A DNA stretch of 64,000 nucleotides. Origin: an uncultured bacterium (GTDB taxonomy: Bacteria; Margulisbacteria; WOR-1; CAVSGV01). The notes under the pieces were generated by a model. That model saw only the letters and a program-made list of their open reading frames with translations. It was not told the origin of the DNA and did no database searches. The DNA is taken from contig CAVYHE010000006.1 of assembly GCA_963768305.1 (NCBI GenBank), forward strand, positions 37,286 through 101,285. The letters run 5' to 3'. Position numbers and translations under genes: made by a program. The first letter of the stretch is position 1, and each line of letters begins with the position of its first letter. Below are positions 35,972 to 45,640 of this stretch, one piece after another.

Positions 35972-36835
35972 ATGGCGACATCGTCCAAACTTAAAAAATA
36001 TGAAGGCATCATAGGCTGGCTGATGATGCTGCCGGTCTTCTTCGTGATATTCATTATCGCGTGGATAGTTATCGATATATTTATTAAAGGCATAGGCGTC
36101 ATTTCTTTTCAATTCCTTTTCACGGCTCCGCGCGACGGAATGACAAAAGGCGGGATATTCCCGTGCATCGTCGGAACTTTTTACGTGACGATGATCACGG
36201 CGCTGTTCTCAATACCATTTGGAGTGTTCGCCGCGATATATCTCAACGAATACGCAAAAGACACAAAGCTCAACCGTTTTATCAGGCTGGCGATAAGGAA
36301 CCTTTCGGGCGTGCCTTCGATAGTTTACGGGCTTTTCGGCGTCGCGCTTTTTGTCGATACGATGAAATTCGGAACTTCCGTGCTTTCTTCCGGCCTGACA
36401 CTGGGACTTCTTACTCTTCCGTGGACGATAACAGCCAGCGAAGAAGCTCTTAAGGCGGTCCCGGACGCGTACAGAGCCGGCTCGCTCGCTCTTGGCGCCA
36501 CAAAATGGCAGATGATAAGGACTTCGGTCCTTCCTTACGCGGTGCCCGGCATAATGACCGGGGCGATACTTGGGCTTTCCAGGGCGGCAGGGGAGACCGC
36601 GCCGCTTCTTTTCACGGGAGTCGCTTTTTATCTTCCGAAGCTGCCGCATTCGATATTCGAACAATTCATGGCGCTCCCTTACCATCTTTTCGTGATGTCC
36701 ACCCAGCACCACGACATAATCGGCGTAAGGCCGCTGGCGTACGGAACTGCCGCGGTGCTTCTGGTCTTTGTCCTGATGTTCAATTCCGCGGCGATATATA
36801 TCCGATATAAATTCAGGCTGATAAGGAAGATATAA
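35972..36835 (+). CDS. pstA: Phosphate ABC transporter permease
   Basis: [19 protein letters not shown]. Confidence 0.95.
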   Translation: MATSSKLKKYEGIIGWLMMLPVFFVIFIIAWIVIDIFIKGIGVISFQFLFTAPRDGMTKGGIFPCIVGTFYVTMITALFSIPFGVFAAIYLNEYAKDTKLNRFIRLAIRNLSGVPSIVYGLFGVALFVDTMKFGTSVLSSGLTLGLLTLPWTITASEEALKAVPDAYRAGSLALGATKWQMIRTSVLPYAVPGIMTGAILGLSRAAGETAPLLFTGVAFYLPKLPHSIFEQFMALPYHLFVMSTQHHDIIGVRPLAYGTAAVLLVFVLMFNSAAIYIRYKFRLIRKI

Positions 36836-36836
36836 C

Positions 36837-37601
36837 ATGCAGGATGATATAGTTATAAAAGTGAAAGATTTCAGTTTTTATTACGGCGACGAGAAGGCTC
36901 TGAACAGGATCAATATGGAGATCAAGAAGAACCATGTGACCGCATTGATCGGCCCATCGGGATGCGGAAAATCCACATTCCTTCGGTCGCTCAACAGGAT
37001 GAACGACATAATAAAGAACACTCGCATAGAAGGAAGCATCCATATCGATGGGAATGATATTTATTCCTCGGAGGTCGATGTGACGGCATTGCGCAGGAAG
37101 GTCGGCATGGTCTTTCAGAAATCGAATCCATTCCCAAAATCCATATTCGACAATGTCGCTTACGGGATAAGGGTCAATAAAATAACATCGAATAAGGATG
37201 AGATCGAGAACATCGTTGCGGAAAGCCTCAAGGCTGCGGCCATTTGGGATGAAGTGAAGGACAAACTTGATAAGAACGCCCTTGACCTCTCTGGCGGCCA
37301 GCAGCAGAGATTATGCATCGCCAGGGCGCTTGCGATAAAGCCGGAAATAATCCTTATGGATGAGCCTGCATCCGCGCTCGATCCTATCTCGACCGCGAAG
37401 ATCGAAGAGCTTATCCACGAACTCAAGAAGAAATACACCATCGTGATAGTTACCCATAACATGCAGCAGGCGGCCAGGACCTCGGATTTCACGGGTTTCT
37501 TTCTGCTGGGCGAGCTGATAGAATTTGACGTTACAACGAACATTTTCACGGCGCCGAAAGAAAAAAGGACAGAGGATTACATAACAGGAAGATTCGGATA
37601 A
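36837..37601 (+). CDS. pstB: Phosphate ABC transporter ATPase
   Basis: [23 protein letters not shown]. Confidence 0.97.
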   Translation: MQDDIVIKVKDFSFYYGDEKALNRINMEIKKNHVTALIGPSGCGKSTFLRSLNRMNDIIKNTRIEGSIHIDGNDIYSSEVDVTALRRKVGMVFQKSNPFPKSIFDNVAYGIRVNKITSNKDEIENIVAESLKAAAIWDEVKDKLDKNALDLSGGQQQRLCIARALAIKPEIILMDEPASALDPISTAKIEELIHELKKKYTIVIVTHNMQQAARTSDFTGFFLLGELIEFDVTTNIFTAPKEKRTEDYITGRFG

Positions 37602-37619
37602 TCCAAAAGGAGGAAGTTT

Positions 37620-38333
37620 ATGTTCGCGGAGCATAGGACATTTGACGATGAATTGAAAGAAATGAACAAGCTGATCCTTGAAATGGGTTCTCTGGTGGAG
37701 AATTCCATCAGCAAGCTCATAGAAGCGCTGAAACAAAAGGACGAGGACATCGCGAAGGAAGTCATAAAAGGCGATGACAGGATCAATCGGCTTGAGGTTG
37801 AGATATATGAAAAAGGAATAACATTTCTTGCTTTGCGCCAGCCGATGGCAGTGGACCTGCGGTTCATCACCACCGGAATGCGGCTTGCGACGGACCTGGA
37901 GCGGATGGGCGACCTTGCCGTGGATGTCGCGCAGCGGATACTCGAGATAATGAACCTGCCGCTTCCGAAGCCTCTCATCGATATTCCGAAACTTGCGGAA
38001 GTGACGCAGAAGATGGTCCGGGGCGCGCTGGATTCTTTCGTGAAATACGACGTGAATATCGCCCGCGAAGTGTGGAAAAGCGATGACGTGGCCGACAACC
38101 TGAGGGACCTGATACAGGACGAGCTGATCGAGATCATGGCGAAAGACCCGTCCGTCATCCCGCAGTCGGTGATGCTTATGCTTATAGCGCGGTTCTTCGA
38201 GCGCATCTGCGATCACGCGACAAACATCGCCGAAGACGTGGTTTACATGGTGGAAGCGCGGATGCTGAAGCACAATGTCGAAGAGCTGAAGAAATTCATC
38301 GGCAGGGACTGGAAAGAGAAAAAAAGGATATAG
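37620..38333 (+). CDS. phoU: Phosphate signalling protein PhoU
   Basis: QPMAVDLR, DLERMGD, ERICDHATNIAE. Confidence 0.96.
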   Translation: MFAEHRTFDDELKEMNKLILEMGSLVENSISKLIEALKQKDEDIAKEVIKGDDRINRLEVEIYEKGITFLALRQPMAVDLRFITTGMRLATDLERMGDLAVDVAQRILEIMNLPLPKPLIDIPKLAEVTQKMVRGALDSFVKYDVNIAREVWKSDDVADNLRDLIQDELIEIMAKDPSVIPQSVMLMLIARFFERICDHATNIAEDVVYMVEARMLKHNVEELKKFIGRDWKEKKRI

Positions 38334-38385
38334 TCGTCAGTTACTTGATATTGGCCCCAATCGTCGGTCGTGATCATTTCCTGTT

Positions 38386-39063
38386 TCAAACCTTCTTAAA
38401 GTTATTTTCCAGGAATTTGCCCAGCTTCGACCTGTAGTAAAGGATTTTAGGCCATGTTATAGGGTTGTATTTGAAGCAGTCTTGTATTTCAAGCGATAAA
38501 GAAAAAAAATCAGCGGCAGTCATCGGTATCCAGATGAAAAGGCTCGATCCCATTTCTGGCAAAAATATACGCTATCATTAAAGAACCTGTCCGTTTATTG
38601 TACTCTTTGAACAATTGAGTGGGTGGGAATGTCCATCGACTTGGCTGAACTGATCCTTGAATAAAGGCCTGAAGCAAGTAAATAAGGCGATAAATCGTGG
38701 TGTCTTGAAAACCAATTCCATATCGGGCCGATATCCTTGCAAAATATTATCATGATTTTCTCGCATATAGCGATTCTTGCCCTACAGCGAGTTCTATCAT
38801 ATCTTTGACCTAATCCTGAAAATGGCACGCCCCACCTGCATATGTTGTTAATATCCAAGAACATCTTCCGGCCTGATCTGCGGCTTTCCAAGAAGACAAT
38901 TCAAGTGTTCATAGGCAAGAACAATATTATCAAATTCAAAATTGGAAAGCGGGGGCTTTGTTGTGTGTTTGATCCTAATATTGATCTCTGAATCCGGCGT
39001 CGCTACCCCGGCCTGTACCCTGTGCAAAGATCCCATTATCTTTGACATGTCTGATATCCGCAA
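38386..39063 (-). CDS. Orphan hypothetical protein, fragmented by indels (boundaries approximate)
   Basis: Overlapping minus-strand fragments 38848-39063, 38595-38891 and 38578-38766, downstream of motif copy 2. Confidence 0.4.
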
Positions 39064-39115
39064 TCTGGCCGGGACCGCCCAACTTAACTTCGATTATGTT
39101 CCTCATATCGATATA

Positions 39116-39143
39116 TTATCGTAATATTCATGCCAAAATTTCA
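39116..39143 (-). promoter_or_regulatory. Sigma28-like promoter motif, copy 2
   Basis: TGAAATTTT-ggcatgaatat-TACGATAA. Confidence 0.6.
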
Positions 39144-39253
39144 CGATCGCTAAACTTTTTACATCATATATACCCCGATTTAATGAAGCTGTAATACCGA
39201 TATATGACAATATGATCGAAAATAAAATGAACAACTGAAGAGGGGGCGTTCAA

Positions 39254-39552
39254 ATGCAGGCAAAGAACAAGGGTGTCTTCGTTGCATATATTGCGGGAAT
39301 TCCATTTTTTCCATTGACGATGACAGCATTGACCTGAAGGACAGTCCGTCATTCATTTCCCCGAAACACATCGTCAATGTCAAAAGAGAGGAAACAGATA
39401 AATTCAGGTCCGACAAGATCGAGCTTCTCTGCTGCAGATGCGGAGTATCGCTGGGTTACAAGCTTGTCGATGGGTCAGGGCGCGCGGGCGACAGCAATTA
39501 TATCAAGGTTAACATGCTTGAAGTGTCCTCGAATTTACAACTGACGGCATGA
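39254..39552 (+). CDS. MsrB-like (Mss4 fold) Zn-binding protein, one indel near 39280; not in the ORF track
   Basis: MQAKNKGVF/RCIYCGNSIFS...PSF...IELLCCRCGVSLGYKLVDG...YIKVN; ATGA overlap with the next gene. Confidence 0.65.
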
Positions 39553-40106
39553 AACCTTTGGTCGTATATTTTTCATTGACCGGCAACACAAGGTTCATTG
39601 CCGAGAATATCGCGGCCGAAACAGGCGCCGATGTCCTTGAGATCAGGACAATAATCCCGTACAAACCCGGATCGACTTTCGCGGCCATAAAAAGGATAAT
39701 TCAGGTCTTCACTCATTTTACCCCAAGATTAAGGTCATTTGACAGGAACCCGAATTCATATGACCTTTTATTCATAGGTTCGCCGGTGTGGGCGGGTACT
39801 TATGCTCCGGCAATCAGCTCTTTTTTCAATAAGATCGACCTAAAAGATAAAAAAATTGCCTTGTTCTGCTGCCACAGCGGGCGCGTTGGCCGAATGCTGA
39901 ATTATATGAACGAGCGACTTGCCGGCAGCGATATCGTGGGAGAAAAAAGCTTTTATAAGCCTTTGACGTTTGAAAAAGCCAGGAACGCCCGTATTGCCAG
40001 AGGATGGGCAAGACAAATGGTTAGAAAAGCTGTAACGGTCACTTCATCCAATGATGAGCAGGGCGATGATGAGGAGGTTGAGATCAAAGAATGCGTAAAC
40101 TTTTAA
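39549..40106 (+). CDS. Flavodoxin family protein
   Basis: YFSLTGNT; IGSPVWAG. Confidence 0.88.
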   Translation: MKPLVVYFSLTGNTRFIAENIAAETGADVLEIRTIIPYKPGSTFAAIKRIIQVFTHFTPRLRSFDRNPNSYDLLFIGSPVWAGTYAPAISSFFNKIDLKDKKIALFCCHSGRVGRMLNYMNERLAGSDIVGEKSFYKPLTFEKARNARIARGWARQMVRKAVTVTSSNDEQGDDEEVEIKECVNF

Positions 40107-40267
40107 ATCAGAAGGAACATAAGGTTAATTATCTTTTAAGGCTTTGCAGTATTATTGTAAAATTCTTGGAAAAAATTGACAATAGGGGAAAAGTAAAAAT
40201 CCGTCGGCGCAAAAGAAAGGCCGTTTGCCGGGCTATTTAGCCTTCTTTGAAAAGTCAAAAATGAAAG

Positions 40268-43200
40268 TTACTTTTCTTCATCCCCCAGCGCGGCGACCTT
40301 GACATGTTTGGAACCTATAAGGCTGTAAGCGCACGGAACAACGAACAACGTGAGCAACGTCGATATGAACAATCCTCCGATAACGCTGATCGCCATTGGC
40401 GTGCGTATCTCCGCTCCAGGGCCCCATGCAAGCGCCGGCGGGATGGCTCCAGCGATAGTAGCGACCGAAGTCATCAATATGGGACGCAGCCTTATCGGGC
40501 AGGCTTCAAGCAGAGCTTCCCTTATCGGCATTCCCCTTTCCCTCATCTGGTTCGTGAACTCCACCAGCAAAATGGAATTCTTTTTCACTATTCCCATCAA
40601 AAGAATAAAACCTATCATGCTGTATATGTTCAGCGACTGGCCGGTGACATAAAGCGCGATGAAAGCTCCCGAGAAACTGAAAGGAAGCGCGGCAAGCACC
40701 ACGACGGGGTCGCTGAAACTATTGAACTGCGAACCAAGCACCATGTACGCGATGATTATGCCGAGTATCAGAGCAAAAATAAGGCTTTCAAATGATTCCT
40801 TGTAGGCCTGCGCGTTACCGCTGAATACCACATGATATCCTTCCGGCAGGGTCGCCTTTGCTATCTCATTTATTTTTGCTATCACTTGCGCCTGCGACTT
40901 TCCGGGCGCGATGTTAGCGGATATCGTAATGGCACGCTCCCTGTCCTGGCGGGAGATGCTTTGCATCGCCGGCTCCTCAATAAGTTTGGTCACTTTGTCC
41001 AGAGGGATGAGTTCGCCCCTGTTGTTGAACACATAAACATCTTTCATTATGTCCGGCTTGGTATGCTGAACGCCGGTCATCTTTACTGTGATGTCATATC
41101 TGTGCCCGCCGTGTTCGTATGTCCCCACCTTCAGCCCTCCGACCAGGGTCGAGATGGTCTGCCCGATAACGGCAAAACTCACGCCGCGGCGCGAGGCAAG
41201 ATCGCGGTCGGGAACGACATCGTATTCCGTGAGACCCAGGAGGTAGTTGCTGTTCAGGTCCGTCGTCAGCCCCGTTTTTTCTATATTATCCATAAGCTGT
41301 CCTGAAAGGGTTCCCAGCCTGGCCCAATCAGGCCCCATCAGAGTCAGCTGTATCGGATATCCGCCGCTGGCCGCAAAACCGCGAAGCGACGTGTCCATGA
41401 CAAATACCTGCAAGTCGGGTATTTTTTGAAGTTCGGTTCTCACGGCCTTCATCGACTCAGCCTGAGTAAGCCTGTGGTGAAGAACAGGATCTATCCCGCG
41501 CCGGCCCTTTGATTTCAAAACAAGGAAAAGATAGGACTGATTCAGGCGGCCGCTTCCGCCGAAGCCCCCGACCGCAGCGAAGACCGAATCCACTTCCGGC
41601 CGCTTTGCGATGATGGACTCCGCGATCTTGGATTTTTCATCCATGAAAGAAAGTGATGCCCAGGCCGGTGTCTGGAGGCGCACCGCGTAAAGGCTCTGGT
41701 CCTGCGGCGGAACAAGCTCGCTTCTCAGCGCCTTGCCGATGGAAAAAGTAACGATAAAAAATATCACCGAAGACCAGAGGATAAGGCCTCTATGGTTTAA
41801 TGACCAGGAAAGTGCCTTGCGGTAAGCGCCGTTAAGCCGCTTGAAATTCGTATCAATGTAACCGGAGAACCGGTTCTTGCTGGTAACTACGTTTACAAAT
41901 TGCGAACAGCGCATTGGAGTGAGCGTCAGCGCTTCAAAGAGCGAAAGAAGGACGGCGACACTTATTGTCATGCCGAACTGGTAGAAATATTTTCCAATTA
42001 TGCCTTTCATGAAAGCCACAGGCAGGAATATGGCGACTATCGCTATGCTCGCGGCCATTGCCGCGAAAGTTATCTCCCGCGCGCCGTTCAAAGCGGCCTG
42101 CACCCTTTCTTCACCTTTTTCCTGGTGCCTCATTATGTTCTCCAGCACCATGATGGCATCGTCCACGACTATCCCGATCGCCAGGCTCAAAGCCATGAGG
42201 GTGAACATGTTCAGCGTGAATCCCATGAAGTATACGAATATGAACGTCCCGATAATGGATGTCGGAATAGCAAGCCACACGTTCAACACTGCCGACCACG
42301 AACCGAGGAAGAACCAGCAGACGAGCCCGGTGAGTATCGCGGAAAGAAGAAGCGTCACTTTCAGCTCATTTACGGCATCCTCTATGAATTTTGTGTTATC
42401 CATCCTTATGGATAGGTCCATGCCTTTCGGCAGTTCTTTTTGAACGATCTTCATTTTCGCACGTATCGCTTTTGCCACTTCCACCGCGTTGGTGCCTCTC
42501 TGCTTAAGGATGCCGAGCCCTATCGCGGAAACGCCGTTTGCGCGCGCTATGTGTTCGATATCGGCCAGGTCGTCCTTTATGCTTGCCACTTTAACGAGAG
42601 CAACGGGATTGTAATTCGGCTGCCCTCCGCGGTAGTTGAGGCGGATGTTCTCGAACTCCTTAACGGTCTTTGCTTCACCTAGCGTCCTGACCGTGTGTTC
42701 CGCTTTCACATCCTGCACATAGCCGGCCGGCAGCTCCACATGCTCATTCTGCACCGCATTCACAATATCCTGAGCGGTGAGGGCGTAGCGGTTGAGATCA
42801 GCTTTGCGCACCTCCACCCTGAGGTTCGGATCCACATATCCGCCGAATACAACGTCGCCGACCCCGGAAACGGTGGTGAACTTGTCCTTAAGGATGTTGT
42901 TCACGTATTCCATTGCATCGCGGGTCGGGATGCCGGTGGTGTTCAGCGACAGCCATATTATCGGCTGGTCGTCAGGATTGGTCTTTGTGATGACGGGCGG
43001 ATCTATTTCATTCGGCAGCAGGCGCTGGGCCTGCGATATCTTCGATTGTATCTCCTGCACTGCCACATCGATGTTCTTGCTCAGCTCAAATTCCACAGAT
43101 ACGTTCGTGTTGCCGTCGCGGGAAGTTGAAGTTACGGTCCTAACGCCTTCCACTCCCATGACCGCGTCCTCTACATAGTCTGCGACGTCCGTTTCCATGA

Positions 43201-43372
43201 TCTGAGGAGAGGCTCCGGGATAAGTGATGTTGACGGAAACAACGGGAAAATCCACATCCGGCATAAGGCTGACGCCCATTCTTGCAAAAGAGATCGCACC
43301 AAAAAGGATAAGCGCGAACATCATCATCCACGCGAATACCGGCCGCCTTATTGATATATCAGATAAGATCAT
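40268..43372 (-). CDS. RND efflux transporter permease (AcrB/MdtB-like)
   Basis: PDVDFP, GIVVDDAIMVLEN, KKNSILLVEF, RLRPILMT. Confidence 0.96.
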   Translation of the reverse strand: MILSDISIRRPVFAWMMMFALILFGAISFARMGVSLMPDVDFPVVSVNITYPGASPQIMETDVADYVEDAVMGVEGVRTVTSTSRDGNTNVSVEFELSKNIDVAVQEIQSKISQAQRLLPNEIDPPVITKTNPDDQPIIWLSLNTTGIPTRDAMEYVNNILKDKFTTVSGVGDVVFGGYVDPNLRVEVRKADLNRYALTAQDIVNAVQNEHVELPAGYVQDVKAEHTVRTLGEAKTVKEFENIRLNYRGGQPNYNPVALVKVASIKDDLADIEHIARANGVSAIGLGILKQRGTNAVEVAKAIRAKMKIVQKELPKGMDLSIRMDNTKFIEDAVNELKVTLLLSAILTGLVCWFFLGSWSAVLNVWLAIPTSIIGTFIFVYFMGFTLNMFTLMALSLAIGIVVDDAIMVLENIMRHQEKGEERVQAALNGAREITFAAMAASIAIVAIFLPVAFMKGIIGKYFYQFGMTISVAVLLSLFEALTLTPMRCSQFVNVVTSKNRFSGYIDTNFKRLNGAYRKALSWSLNHRGLILWSSVIFFIVTFSIGKALRSELVPPQDQSLYAVRLQTPAWASLSFMDEKSKIAESIIAKRPEVDSVFAAVGGFGGSGRLNQSYLFLVLKSKGRRGIDPVLHHRLTQAESMKAVRTELQKIPDLQVFVMDTSLRGFAASGGYPIQLTLMGPDWARLGTLSGQLMDNIEKTGLTTDLNSNYLLGLTEYDVVPDRDLASRRGVSFAVIGQTISTLVGGLKVGTYEHGGHRYDITVKMTGVQHTKPDIMKDVYVFNNRGELIPLDKVTKLIEEPAMQSISRQDRERAITISANIAPGKSQAQVIAKINEIAKATLPEGYHVVFSGNAQAYKESFESLIFALILGIIIAYMVLGSQFNSFSDPVVVLAALPFSFSGAFIALYVTGQSLNIYSMIGFILLMGIVKKNSILLVEFTNQMRERGMPIREALLEACPIRLRPILMTSVATIAGAIPPALAWGPGAEIRTPMAISVIGGLFISTLLTLFVVPCAYSLIGSKHVKVAALGDEEK

Positions 43373-44637
43373 TTTACTTCCATCCTGTCAGGAATATTTA
43401 CAGAAGCAGTGATAGCCAAAAGCGCTTGCATGTCCGTCTTAAGGCCATAAACCGCTTTATTTAAAGAGCGCTCCACATCTTCGTATGAGGTAAGCGTCTG
43501 AAGAACATCCAGGTTCGATACCAGTCCCAGGTCATAATCGCCGGATACTGCGACGTAGTTTTTCTCTGCCAGGTCTGTGGCATTCTGGAATTCTTTGACC
43601 TGAGAAATGTCGTATGTCAGCTGCCGGTAATTGCTCCGCAGTTCCTGTTCCGCCAACCGTTTTGTCTGTTCCAGATCGTTCTGGCTCTGCCGCAAAAGCG
43701 AGTCGGATTCAGCAAGGTGGGAAGTGTTCAAGCCTCCTGTGAATAGCGGAAGTGTTGCGATGATCGTAGCGTCCCAATCGCTGTTTTGAAGAATTCCTTT
43801 CGGGCGGCTGAAATAATAATCTCCTGATATGTCAGCCGACGGCCAAAATGCGCCTTTCGCGATGTCGACGCTGTTCTTTGCCGCTTCCGTTCTTGCAAGA
43901 GCCGCTTTAATATCCGGGCGATCAGACAGCATCGCATCATAAGATTCAAAAGTGCCGATGGAAGAGGGGAGGTTCTGCGAATCGGAAAGCTCTGTAGACG
44001 GCGGAAGGCCGGTCAAAAAAGACAGGAGTTCCCTGGCCGTGGATAATTGTGATCTCACCTGTTCCATCTGTGCCAAAAGGGTCGCAAGCGAGACCCGCAC
44101 ATTAAGCACTTCGGTGGTCCTGGACCTGCCGATCGCTACCCTCGAACGCAATTCTTGTATCCTTTTATCGTAAAGACCGGCTTCTTTTTTCAGAATGGCA
44201 ATGTCGTTCTCGAGCGAAAGGACAAGATAGAACGAATTTGCCGTATCCTGGTACAGCTGCAAAGCTGCCCATTGATAAGACTCTTTTTGCGATGTTATGA
44301 GGTTCTGGTTCAGCTTAAGCGCCGCAAAATCGCGGAAGCCCCTGAAAAGCGGCTGGGAAATCGAGGCCTTGGTCGTAGCTTGGTCGCCGTAAAGTGAAGT
44401 ATCGGTATTGGCGGGAATAAGTTTGGAAGTGTCTTCGTTAAAATATGTATAGCCGGCGGATATCCCCGGCAACATTCCTGACAATGCCTGCTTATAATGT
44501 TCTTCGGCTTGAACCACAAGTTCTTTATTGTCGGCCATTACTTCGCTTTGTTTCAGGGCTGAGCGGAAACAGGCTTCAAGGCTGATCCCTTCGGCGGAAC
44601 ATTGGATCGCGTATATACCTGTCATGAAACAGATCAC
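43369..44637 (-). CDS. TolC-family outer-membrane efflux protein (true start may be GTG near 44660)
   Basis: Signal peptide; QPLFRG and LPLFTGG repeats; YDLGLVSNLDVL. Confidence 0.9.
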   Translation of the reverse strand: MICFMTGIYAIQCSAEGISLEACFRSALKQSEVMADNKELVVQAEEHYKQALSGMLPGISAGYTYFNEDTSKLIPANTDTSLYGDQATTKASISQPLFRGFRDFAALKLNQNLITSQKESYQWAALQLYQDTANSFYLVLSLENDIAILKKEAGLYDKRIQELRSRVAIGRSRTTEVLNVRVSLATLLAQMEQVRSQLSTARELLSFLTGLPPSTELSDSQNLPSSIGTFESYDAMLSDRPDIKAALARTEAAKNSVDIAKGAFWPSADISGDYYFSRPKGILQNSDWDATIIATLPLFTGGLNTSHLAESDSLLRQSQNDLEQTKRLAEQELRSNYRQLTYDISQVKEFQNATDLAEKNYVAVSGDYDLGLVSNLDVLQTLTSYEDVERSLNKAVYGLKTDMQALLAITASVNIPDRMEVK

Positions 44638-44715
44638 GATAAAAATATAAAAATTTTCACAGATTTATATTATCAGGTTAAGTAGGGAAATGGCAAGTTA
44701 AATCTATGTAACTTA

Positions 44716-45150
44716 TTAAAAGGCGCCTCGATTGAACATTTTCCCTCCGCCCATTCCTCCTCTTCCGCCCATTCCGCCTTTCCTTTCAGTTTTTTGTTCC
44801 TGCTGCGCTTTCTGCATTTCTTCCAATTTTTTCATTTGTTCTTCGGTCAAATATTGCGAAAGCTTTTTGTTCGTACTTAGTCGCAGGTCATCCAGCGCTT
44901 TTTTAAGAGTTTCCCGGTCATTTTTATCGTTTTTTATAATTCCGCTTCTTTTTGCCATGTCTTCTGCCATTATCGGTTTTATCTGCCGCGTCTGTTCGTC
45001 GGTCAGCAAAAGATATATGGACATTTTGCCCACGATCTTATCTAGCGATACATGCGCTTCTTCACTTGCGGCATAGGAAGCGGCGCTTAATATCAAAATA
45101 AAACCGAATATCGCCATTAAAATACTGCCAATATATTTATTATTCATCAT
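44716..45150 (-). CDS. Secreted helical protein, Spy/CpxP-like LTxEQ motifs
   Basis: Signal peptide; LTDEQ and LTEEQ; Gly/Met-rich tail. Confidence 0.65.
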   Translation of the reverse strand: MMNNKYIGSILMAIFGFILILSAASYAASEEAHVSLDKIVGKMSIYLLLTDEQTRQIKPIMAEDMAKRSGIIKNDKNDRETLKKALDDLRLSTNKKLSQYLTEEQMKKLEEMQKAQQEQKTERKGGMGGRGGMGGGKMFNRGAF

Positions 45151-45180
45151 GATTTTTCACTTTCATGGTACATCAGGAAC

Positions 45181-45213
45181 AAAAAAGCCCTTCGAGTTTT
45201 CGGAGGGCTTTTT
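45181..45213. terminator. Bidirectional intrinsic terminator
   Basis: aaaaaagcccttcga-gttt-tcggagggcttttt. Confidence 0.8.
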
Positions 45214-45216
45214 ATA

Positions 45217-45528
45217 TTATTTTACTAAATGCTTTTTCCAGGAATGCGCGGGCCTGTGTTTTATCGTTTCTTTTGCTGCGCCTGACGATTCATTTGTGGA
45301 CGAATTAGTAATGCATGGTTCAGATCCGAATTTATGATGCATCCTTTTGAAAGAATGCGCGCCATAAATCGCGGATATCAGCACAAGAATTATTACAGCG
45401 ATAGATATGACCATGCCTGTTGTTCTTGAAGTGCCGCTCTCTTTTGCAGCCAGGACCCATATTATGTACGCAAAACCCAGTCCCAATGCAAGTTTCAATA
45501 ATGCCGAGATGATAAGGAATGCCCCCAT
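45217..45528 (-). CDS. Small two-TM membrane protein
   Basis: AAGGTG RBS; two hydrophobic helices. Confidence 0.65.
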   Translation of the reverse strand: MGAFLIISALLKLALGLGFAYIIWVLAAKESGTSRTTGMVISIAVIILVLISAIYGAHSFKRMHHKFGSEPCITNSSTNESSGAAKETIKHRPAHSWKKHLVK

Positions 45529-45640
45529 TATTTTTCACCTTCCTTTCCCTTTATTTAGATCATTTCTTGTAAATATGATAGCAAACGCATGTTAAACCTT
45601 CATAAAGGAAAGTTTAGAATATGATTAGAAAGAGAAGGGT

